Assembly (NCBI GenBank): GCA_043228905.1 | Contig: JBHGNT010000018.1 | Coordinates: 14,694,001-14,758,000, forward strand | Length of the DNA stretch: 64,000 nucleotides | Direction of reading: 5' to 3' | From: Azolla caroliniana | Lineage: Eukaryota > Plantae > Polypodiophyta | Part shown: one piece after another, positions 55,268 through 64,000 of the stretch | Layout: every line of letters starts with the position of its first letter | Numbering within the stretch: position 1 is the stretch's first letter | Position numbers and translations under genes: made by a program | The notes under the pieces: model-generated | Database searches by the model: none | Told to the model about the DNA's origin: nothing | Seen by the model: the letters and a program-made list of their open reading frames with translations, nothing else

Positions 55268-58200
55268 TCATTCGCCGCCCGTCGGCTCTTCCTCGGTTTC
55301 GGACCATTCATCGTCGCGGTCCAGGTTAACCGGATCCGGCTCGTCGTCGTGACGCTTCTTGAACGCTTTTATCCTTTTCCCAGCTACCGGTATCGCCATT
55401 CTCGCGCCGTCGAGTTCCGCCAGATGGTACGTCCCGTTGTCGTTGGCGCTTTGTACCACGTAAGGCCCGAACCACCTTCTTGCAAACTTCCGTGTTGCCC
55501 GGTGCTGGTTGTCGAGGCTGCTGTCATAGACTAGTACCCAGTCGCCTTCCTCGATCTTCTTCGGTCGTAGCCGGTGCGTTCGGTCAAACCGGGCTTTGTT
55601 CCTCGTCCTTGCCACCCGAAACTTTTCCGTAGCCTGCTCTACATCCTCCGGTCTTCGCTCGAGCTGCCTTATGCGCGCCGCCAACAGTTCCTCCCGGCTC
55701 ATCTCGTCTCTCCAGTCCACGGTTGCCCATGAGGGGATCGTACGTTCCATCGGCATGATCGGCTTCTGCCCAAACATGAGCTCTGCCGGCATGAATCCAG
55801 TTACCGAACTGTGCGTAGTTCGGTCAGCCCACAACGCGTAAGGCAGCATCCGCGACCAGTTCCCGACTTGCCCCCCGCATGCCCGAACTAACGCCTTGAA
55901 GATCGGTCCGTGTCCGCGCTCCACCTTCCCATTCGCCTCCGGATTGTACGCAGTGGTAAGCGAGAGCTTGACTCCTAGCCGGTCGAACAGCTCCTCGGCC
56001 TCTTCGGCGTCCAACTCCCCGCGATCAGCCACGATCTTCCCGACGCACCCGTACCGGCATATCACGTCCTCGATCAGGAACCGACATACGGCCGCGGTCT
56101 TTTTGTTCTGAAGGGCTCGGCCTTCCACCTGGTTCGTCAGATCTTCCTGAGCCAGGACCAAATACCGCATCTGTCCTACGCCCATCGGCATCGTCACCAG
56201 ATCTACCATCCATTTGAAGTGGATGGTTGGAGGGTACGTAGGGTGAAGCTCATCCCGATGCCGAACTATGAAGTGCATCTGACAGCTCTCGCAAGTTGTC
56301 ACGAACCGATGCACGTCCCGGTACAGTCCCGGCCACCAGTACTTCCCCTTTATCTTCTCGAACGTGGCCCACGTTCCATGGTGTCCGGCCCAAGGGCTGT
56401 CGTGGTAGGCCGTCAGCAGCTCCTCCTGTTCTTCCTTCATCGCCACCACCCTGAGCGGGACGCCGTTTCTCTTCTTCGGGTGCTTCCATAAGTATCCGTC
56501 CCGGAGAAAGAACCGGTATGCTTTCTTCTGGATCCGGTTGGTCTCGTCCCTCGTCCACGACGCATCTGGCGTCATTGTCCTCAAGAAACCACCGATCTGC
56601 AGCCACTCGCCGTCGTACTTGCTCTCGTCGAAGCCGTTAAGCGCCGGAGTGCCCGTCCCATCGGTCGTCACGTACGCTACTTCGAAGAAGTCCACGCCGA
56701 CTTCTTCGTCCTCCGAAACCATGCCGCCTTCGTTATCAAACCTCTCCCTTGAAAGCATGTCGGCCATGGCGTTGTCCTTTCCGGAAATGTGTCGTATTTC
56801 CGGGTCCAGGGACTTGATGTACGCTAACCACCTGAGCATTGCGAGGTCCGGTGTCGCGCATCCAGAAACCATGCTGAGAATTGGCAGGCAATCCGTCTCG
56901 ATAATCACTTCTGTCCCGATCAGGTAGTCTTTGTCGGCCTTTACTGCCGAAACGATACCCCAGAGTTCGCGTTTAACCTGGGCGTACCCTCGCTGTCACT
57001 CATTGAGGACCTTAGCGCCGAATCGAATCGGGAACCGGGTGCCGTCCTCATCTTCTTGGTTGACGACCCATCCGATCCCGGTCGGGCTCGTATCCACCGT
57101 TATGTATACCGGGGTACCCTTCTCGTAGACAGCCTTCCGGAGCGCCGGTGTTGCCGGAAGAGCTTCCTTTAGCTTCCGGACCGACTCCGTGTGGCCGTCT
57201 CGCCACTCGAATTTTCGCCCCTTTTTCAGCAACCCGTATAGCGGCTCCGCAACGTGGGCGTAATGCGGGATCCATATGTGGTAGAACGCGCATGCCCCCA
57301 GGAACCTCCGAACTTCCGTAACCGAGCTACAGTCGGCCTTCATCGCGGAGATGGCTTCTACTTTTGCCGGAGATGGCTTCCGGCCATACGGTCCACACAA
57401 GTGTCCGACCACCAGGATTTCTGATTGCCCGAAGGCCGATTTCTCCCCGGAGAAGGTGAGCCTCGCATCCTCTAGCCTTTGTAGCACCTTCTCGCAGTCG
57501 TCGATGTGTGTTGCCACGAATCGCCGGCATCCGTCCGGCCCGACTGTCTCGTCCTTCTCTTCCACCGGGCACCCCTTTATCGGGATGTCGTCCAGAAATG
57601 GCATGGTGATGTCCGGGATGCAATCCCTCAGTACCTTGTTCATTGCATTCACCATGTGGGCCACCGAGTTGGTCCCTCCTTGTGGTAGGGTACATATTCG
57701 CACTAGGCCGAGGGGAGTTCGCATCGTCGTAATGTCTCTGCTCTCCACGGCTAGCTGGAACTGGTTGTACCCCGAGTATAGATCACCGACCGAGTAAACC
57801 GACCTTCCGGCGAAGGCCTCCGCGAACTCGTCTATGGTCGGTCCGATTCCTGCGTTTCGAATGGTCACTCTGTTGACCGACTGCAGGTCCTGAATGAAGC
57901 GCAATGTTCCGTTCTTCTTTGGTATGGTAAACCATCGGTTCGAGTATGGCGTGCTCGACGGTTCGAGAATACCCATATCGACTTTCTGCCTCAACAACTC
58001 CATCAACTCCGGGATGTGAGCTCTCGGTACTGGAATCGGCTTGAGATTCCACGGCACATGCGGTACCGTGAATATCACCATCGGCTCCACGATCGTCGGG
58101 TCTACGCACCCGATCTCTTCCGGTGAGAATGCGAAGGCCTTTCCGTGCCTTCCGAGCATTCTCCGAAACCGGTCTTCCTCCGATCTTGAGCTCCCGGAGC

Positions 58201-58739
58201 GTCCCGTCGGTGAAGGTGTGTCCTATGCAGGCCGGATCTCGTAAACTGGGGTCCGACGCAACCCCTCTGATTCGGGACTCGCTACCCTCCGGTAAGGGTG
58301 CCGCGACTGGCCTTACCTTCCGGTCCACAGTCTTGTACTTCGTGCTAACTCGGGCCGTCCCATCCGCCCGGAGCCTCTGGCCGAAGTTCGCGATGACTTG
58401 GTACATCTCTTCGGAACATACCGGTATTGTCCGGTCTTCGTTAAGGTCTTCTCCGGCTACCTTCCTCAGCATCCCCAAGGTGTTGTCGAAGGAGACCGCC
58501 TCCACGGCCCCGTTGATTTCCTCGTCCGGGCCGAGAACTCCGCACGCTCGAAGTTGCACTTCTGCCCTTGCCTTTTCTCGGCCAACAATGCCGACTAGCA
58601 TACACCCTCCATTGTTCGAGAAGCAAAATTTCCTACCTATCGTACAGGGTTTCTTCGGTTTCGGTTCTATCGTACAGCCGTGGGGTCTTCCCCGAGTGTC
58701 CGGGCTGTCTCGACCCCACGCCTCGGCAGCCCTCTCTAA
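55268..58739 (-). pseudogene. C2 pol (RT-RNase H-integrase) in the -1 frame, with one frameshifting deletion (~58180) and one TGA (56996-56998)
   Basis: KYKTVDRKVRPV, YSNRWFTIPKKNG, MPFLDD, VDTSPTGIG, H..H..C..C, ADRGE, YNPEANGKVER, WFGPY; no chromodomain. Confidence 0.92.
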
Positions 58740-58745
58740 AAATCC
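58679..58745 (-). promoter_or_regulatory. Putative -1 ribosomal frameshift signal (G GAU UUU plus pseudoknot)
   Basis: Heptamer at 58745-58739 and a 6-nt spacer; stems GGGCTG/CAGCCC and CGTGGGGTC/GACCCCACG; the -1 frame is open into pol. Confidence 0.75.
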
Positions 58746-60889
58746 TCCCGGTTCTCGCCACCGAGGGATTCGCGGTTTCGCTCGTGGTTCGCTCGTACCG
58801 TTAGAAATTGGACCGAATGGCGCCCGTCCTGGCTTTTGACCCTCGCGTAGGCCGAACCGTTGTCCAGCACCTTGGTCTCCATTCGCGCCGCCGTGATGTA
58901 TGGTTCTCCTAATATGACCGGGTGCGAGGACGTCTCCTGTACGAAGAAGTGCTGGTCAATCTCGACGTCGTCGATCTTGACTCGTACGTTCGGGCAGGCC
59001 CCGTGCAGTTCCTCGGTGGCGCGCGTCGCCGCCCGTATCTTCCACCCGTGCTTGGTGTTGATCGGCCACTTTCCCTTCTTATAGAAGTCCATGGACATTA
59101 GGTTTATTTCCGAACCGTGGTCCACCAGTGCCACCACCGGTTCCTGAACATCTCCGATCTTTACCGGGGTCTCCGTGGTCGCTCGGGCCCAGTGTGGCCT
59201 CGAATAGTGGCTCTCCGCCCACTCATCTTCCAGCGCCAAGTCGTCGATGTGCGTCGTCCGCACCTCCACCGGTCTTTCCGGTTCCGTCTCCGTCGACAGC
59301 CTCTTCCGTTTCACCAAGTCCACAATGGAGTCGTGGAACTCCTTCTTGGCGATCCCTAGCACCTCCCGTAATGACAGCTCCACTTTGCTGTCGAGGATCC
59401 GTTCTTCTAGGACCTTTCGTAGGTCCGTGGTCCTTTCTATTTCCGTCCCCAGTCGGTATCCGCCCTTCCTGGGGTTATCTTGCGTGCTGGACCCATCGGC
59501 TTCGTTCCGTCGTTGCCCGAATCGGGTCTCGTATCGTTGTGAGGGCCCGGTTGCTCCGGCTTTCCCCACTCGTTTGTCCTCTACCAGAGCCTCGTAGTTC
59601 CGGCAGGCAGCTTCTACGAAGCCCGTCTTCTCCTCGACCGGGTCGCTCCACCTGGTTATTTCCCGGACCCGTCTCACGGCGCGGTCTGCTTCATCTTTCC
59701 TTAGCCGTGCGCCGGCCAGACCTTCCAGCATTGCCGACCAGAATCCGTCTTTGCCCTCCTTTCGGGCCTCGCTGCCCCCGACCCGAATGCCGGCCGACGC
59801 CGAGTAGTGGATGGCCTCCACGTGTCGGGCCGCTGCCTCTTCCATCAGTCTCTTCATTCCTCCTCGCCCGTCGTTTCGGTTTAGGGCCCTTCTGGTGTCG
59901 CCGGCGTGCACCCGGCCTTCCCACAGGTACACCACCCGGTTCCTCAACGCTTCTGCGAAATCGCCGCAGTCCTTCTGGATGTGGCCGACCTCGTCGCACC
60001 ACATGCACCTGCTCCCTGCTGCCGACCGTCGGTCACGAGCCAGTTCGCCGCCTTCCCTTCGAGTCTGGGCGATCTGGAGATCCTTTATCACCCGCGTCAA
60101 CTCCTCCAGCGCTGCTCCTCCGGACGAGCCACTGACCATGCCGGTTGAAGTCGGACCGGTTTCGAGCCATTCCCGGGTTTCTTCCCTTCGCCCTTGCGGT
60201 GCCAGTTCAAGCCTCCTTGCTGTGACAGAGCCCGCACCAGCCGCCCCATTGTCAGCCCATTCTCGCCGTTTGTCGAAACGGCCACAGACTCTCTTAACCG
60301 CAGCCCAGTTAGTCGTCAGCCTGTCTTCGGTTTCCAGCAAGGAGCCGACTTGATCCCGGTCCCGCTCGTCCACCGACTTGACGAACAGTAGGACCCGGCT
60401 CGTATCCAGAACGGTTCGGTCAAGCGCCGAAAGGCGCGCAAAGCGTTCTTCGAACTCCCGAAGGAGTGCCGACGCGTTTCTTCCCTTGCCGGGGGACTCC
60501 ACCCATTCCATGAAGTCTCGTTTCGAAAGCCGGAGCGCGTCGTCCAGCCCGTATTTTTCTAGGAGTCGGCCTTCGAACTCCTCCCAGGTACGGCTCTCCG
60601 CCCGCACCTCGAGCATCTCCGTATGGATGCTTGGCATCGCCACTCGAGGAAACCCGGCAAGACGCCTCTCTTCCGGAATGTCCCGCATCAGCATTTCTGC
60701 CTCGTAGGACGCCAAATACTTCGTGGCATCCTTTCCGCTGAACCGGCCGATCGTACCGACGACCACCTCAATGGCTCTGTCGAGGGCGCCGGTGCCCTCG
60801 CGTGCGCTCAATATCTGATCCACGGCCGAAGCCATGGCGTCCGCAAGATCCGACCCCTTCATCTTCTGCTCTTCTGCTGCCTCCTTCAC
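58736..60889 (-). CDS. C2 Gag-protease ORF (likely ATG near 60862)
   Basis: Uninterrupted 717-aa frame; zinc knuckle CMWCDEVGHIQKDC; aspartic protease ALVDHGSEINL ... VILGEP. Confidence 0.88.
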   Translation of the reverse strand: MKEAAEEQKMKGSDLADAMASAVDQILSAREGTGALDRAIEVVVGTIGRFSGKDATKYLASYEAEMLMRDIPEERRLAGFPRVAMPSIHTEMLEVRAESRTWEEFEGRLLEKYGLDDALRLSKRDFMEWVESPGKGRNASALLREFEERFARLSALDRTVLDTSRVLLFVKSVDERDRDQVGSLLETEDRLTTNWAAVKRVCGRFDKRREWADNGAAGAGSVTARRLELAPQGRREETREWLETGPTSTGMVSGSSGGAALEELTRVIKDLQIAQTRREGGELARDRRSAAGSRCMWCDEVGHIQKDCGDFAEALRNRVVYLWEGRVHAGDTRRALNRNDGRGGMKRLMEEAAARHVEAIHYSASAGIRVGGSEARKEGKDGFWSAMLEGLAGARLRKDEADRAVRRVREITRWSDPVEEKTGFVEAACRNYEALVEDKRVGKAGATGPSQRYETRFGQRRNEADGSSTQDNPRKGGYRLGTEIERTTDLRKVLEERILDSKVELSLREVLGIAKKEFHDSIVDLVKRKRLSTETEPERPVEVRTTHIDDLALEDEWAESHYSRPHWARATTETPVKIGDVQEPVVALVDHGSEINLMSMDFYKKGKWPINTKHGWKIRAATRATEELHGACPNVRVKIDDVEIDQHFFVQETSSHPVILGEPYITAARMETKVLDNGSAYARVKSQDGRHSVQFLTVRANHERNRESLGGENREDF

Positions 60890-63853
60890 GTCGGGTTCAC
60901 CAAGATGTCGAGGTATTCCTTGCGGATGCGTGGAATGAGGCGGGACCCCGGGGGTCTTGTACCGAAGAGCAATAGAGAAAGGAGAGGGAAAGGACCCACT
61001 ACGTGCGAGCGTTTATCCACAGGGACACGACCCTTCGACACGAAGACACGAGCGGGGAAACAAACACAGAGAGACACGAAGGTATGTATGTATATATTAA
61101 CAGAGACAAACAACAAGAAGCACGAAGTCGGTTACAACCGAACAGGCCGGCGAACAGATGCCGATGCCTGTTCGCAAACGCTCAGAAAGAAAGGAGTAGG
61201 TTGGAGGTGCTTCCGGAAGCACTTGGGCGTTCCTCAGAGTAGCGCGAGCCTCCCGCAACCTGCACAGAAAGAAGCTACGGAGAGTATGGAAGAGAGAAGT
61301 CTTCGACCGACAACCCGACAGCACTTCGTCCTCTCTGATTCCGTGATTTTTTCCCTCCTCCTCATCTCCCTCCTTTTATAGGCAAGAAGGGAGCCGTTTC
61401 CTATTAACTTCCTACCTACCGAATCTACCTACCTAGGATCTTCCATGTCCCTAATTCTCTCTTATGTACAACATAATGCGTACGTGCATGAAGAGCTGGT
61501 TCCTATGCTCCGGTGCACCGATTCCGCTCGTGGACGGTTTTCTTCACGACAACGTTCTGCAAGGGGAGCCTAATCGTGGCTCGAGCACGGAAAACCAACA
61601 CACTGTACGTAATGAATGCTCAATTATGCCGTTGGGAAGTGAATGTGGCAGCCGAAACAGTCAGTGAACTGTGGCACAGGAGGTTGTGCCACATGAGCCA
61701 AAAGGGGATGTGGAAACTTGCCAAGGAGGTGAAGAATGTGCAACTTGAGAAATGCACGGATTGCTTGGCTGGAAAGCAAAATCGAACATCCTTCCGAACA
61801 AGGCCCCTAATGAGGAAGAAAATACCGTTGGAACTCGTGCATACGGATGTATGCTACGTGGACACGAAGTCGCATAGTGGTTCACAATATTTCGTGACCT
61901 TTATAGACAACTATAGTTGGAAGTTGTGGGCTTCTGTGTTGAAGACGAAGGATCAAGTGTTATCCGACTTCAAAGAGTTCCAAGCGAGGGCCGAGAGAGA
62001 AACCGGCCATAAGTTGAAGGTAGTCCGAGCGGACAATGGCGGAGAGTACCGCGGACCATTCAAAGAATATTGCCGAAAAGAAGGAATCCGGCTTGAGTAT
62101 ACTGTACCAAAAACGCTGGAGCTGAATGGGTTGGCCGAGAGAATGAATTGGACCATAATGGAGAGAGTATGAAGCATGCTTGCACATGCAAAATTACCGA
62201 AAACGTTCTGGGCTGAGGCGCTAATGACAACAACATATGTGATAAACCAATCACCCTCAATAACGTTGGACGGTGATATTCCACAATGGGTGTGGAGCGG
62301 CAAAGACGTGTCGTACTGACATTTGAGGGTGTTCAGTTGTCTTGCTTTTGTGCTTGTGGCAAAGGACTAGAGGGGGAAATTAGACCCGAAATCTCGGCCG
62401 TGCATATTTCTCGGTTACGGTGATGATGAGTTTGGCTATTGGCTCTAGGACTTAGCCGAGAAGAAGGTGATTAGGAGCCGAGACATTATCTTCATGGAAG
62501 AGGAGACAATGATTGATTGGGAGAATGAGAAAAAGTCTCCAACCACCGAATCGAGCCAAGTTGATGCTCAACTGGATCGTGTAGATGACGGTTTGATACC
62601 AGTCGATCGATCTAATACTCGGCAAAATCAAGAAACAACTGATGACCGGGGAGTCGGCCGAACAAGGAACCGAAATTGACTCGAATGAAGAGGTTAAAGA
62701 CGAACTAACCGTACCAAACGCAGGCCGAAGATACACCCTTAGAGAGCGAAGAGCCCCCCAAAGATTTTCGGATGAAGAACACGTACTGCTAACCGATGAG
62801 GGGGAGCCCAAAAGCTACAAAGAAGCTAAGAAAGATACCCACAACCGAGAGTGGTTACGTACCATGCAAGAGGAGATGAATTCCTTGCATGAGAACCACA
62901 CATATGAACTGACCAAGTTGCCGAAGGGGAAGAAGGCACTCCGAAATAAGTGGGTATACAAGTTGAAACCGGGAGATGGCCAAAATCTACCCAAATATAA
63001 AGCACGAATTGTCGTAAAAGGGTTTCAATAGAAGAAGGGCGTGGATTTCAACGAAATATTTGCCCCGGTAGTGAAGATGACATCCATCCGAACCGCGCTG
63101 AGCATTGTGGCCAGCATGGATCTCGAAGTCGTACAATTGGATGTCAAGACAGTGTTTCTGCATAGAGATCTCGAGGAGATATATATGCAACAGCCAGAAG
63201 GATTCATAATGAAAGGTAAAGAAAACCTGTTATATCGATTGAGGAAGAGCCTGTACGGGTTGAAGCAGGCTCCACGACAATGGTACCAAAAATTCGAATC
63301 CTTCATGACCGAAAACGGGTACCACAAAACGCAAGCCGATCACTGCGTATTTGTGAAGAAGTTCGATGGAGGAGATTTCCTCATCCTTTTATTGTACGTG
63401 GACAACATGCTAATTGTCGGACGGGACCATATGAAGATCCGAGCACTGAAGAAGGCCTTGAACGGGTCATTCTCGATGAAGGATATGGGTCCGACAAAGC
63501 AAATCCTGGGTATGCACATTGTTCGGGATAGAACAAAGAAATTGTTATGGCTGTCACAGGAGAAATATGTGACAAAGGTGCTCCAAAGATTCGACATGGA
63601 AGGCGCGAAACTGGTCGGCTCGACACTGCGACGAACTACAAGTTGAGTAAAGATCAATGTTTGAAATCGAAAACCGAAAAGGCTGAGATGTCAAAAGTCC
63701 CCTATGCCTCGGCAGTTGGAAGCCTGATGTACGCAATGGTGTGTACCAGGCCGGACATTGGATACGTCGTTAGAGTGGTCAGCCGATATATGAGCAATCC
63801 TGGGAAAGAGCATTAGGCTGCCTTGAAATGGATATTTCAGTACCTGAGAGGCA

Positions 63854-63928
63854 TGTTTCAACATAACCGGGTCGCTTTGGCTCTCGAAGTTTGAGAAACC
63901 ATTCTTTATGAGATGTCATATGGTTTGA
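63854..63928 (-). mobile_element. Copia B4 fragment 2 (75-bp micro-inverted protease piece)
   Basis: Minus strand reads SNHMTSHKEWFLKLREPKRPGYVET (cf. B3 SNHMMSHKEWFSYLEKPIQPGVVAT). Confidence 0.88.
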
Positions 63929-64000
63929 GAGATGACACTATGCACCCGATTCAGCACATTGGCAATGTTCCGTTCGGCGAAATAGGTAAGCAAACATACA
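63929..64000 (+). mobile_element. Copia B4 fragment 3 (protease continues beyond the window)
   Basis: Plus strand reads DDTMHPIQHIGNVPFGEIGKQTY (cf. B3 DDTPHPIANVGEVPLSHVGQKG). Confidence 0.85.

Larger units (their letters stand above)
54549..61551 (-). mobile_element. Full-length Ty3/gypsy element C2 (non-chromodomain, tRNA-Trp primed)
   Basis: 646-bp LTRs at 54549-55194 and 60906-61551 (about 18 differences counted by eye); 4-bp TSD ACGT (54545-54548 / 61552-61555); Trp PBS at 60886-60902; PPT at 55195-55207. Confidence 0.97.
53022..63853 (+). mobile_element. Copia A2, 5' part (LTR 53022-53419, gag to RT), nested in A1 and hosting C2
   Basis: PBS TGGTATTAGAG near 53423; gag ATG at 53449; reading frame GVMT|FCKGSLIVARARK is split by C2; RT LLLYVDNML; ends at WIFQYLRG. 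Confidence 0.93.

Noticed and set aside
58123-61381. Long plus-strand ORFs (238-335 aa) as antisense genes
   Set aside because: GC-rich shadow frames of C2 gag-pol and its LTR with no recognisable motifs.

Overview
Eukaryotic, plant-type DNA; a seed-free plant such as a fern is my inference from the TE families. About two-thirds is nested LTR retrotransposons: Tork/Tnt1-like Ty1/copia (family A), a second, roughly Ale-like Ty1/copia (family B), and a non-chromodomain, tRNA-Trp-primed Ty3/gypsy (family C). These flank an AT-rich block (~17.8-38.4 kb). That block holds one intact 10-exon serine carboxypeptidase-like clade II gene (minus strand, 542 aa), a 3'-truncated U6 copy and a hAT-type MITE. 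Highlights: (1) a spliced, now pseudogenised gene at ~16.0-17.6 kb for a prokaryote-type beta-class N6-adenine/N4-cytosine DNA methyltransferase, which no single ORF in the track shows; (2) a 22.6-kb inversion (41265-63853) plus an adjacent 75-bp micro-inversion, with breakpoints readable at base resolution from split retrotransposon reading frames; (3) a Ty3 family with 4-bp ACGT junctions, a GGAUUUU plus pseudoknot -1 frameshift placed after the protease, and tRNA-like modules in some LTRs; (4) a 4 x 794-bp post-insertion tandem amplification of a copia 5' end together with its flank; (5) a copia family with a duplicated PPT and a hairpin that puts the PPT in its loop. All coordinates were read by eye and no searches were run.
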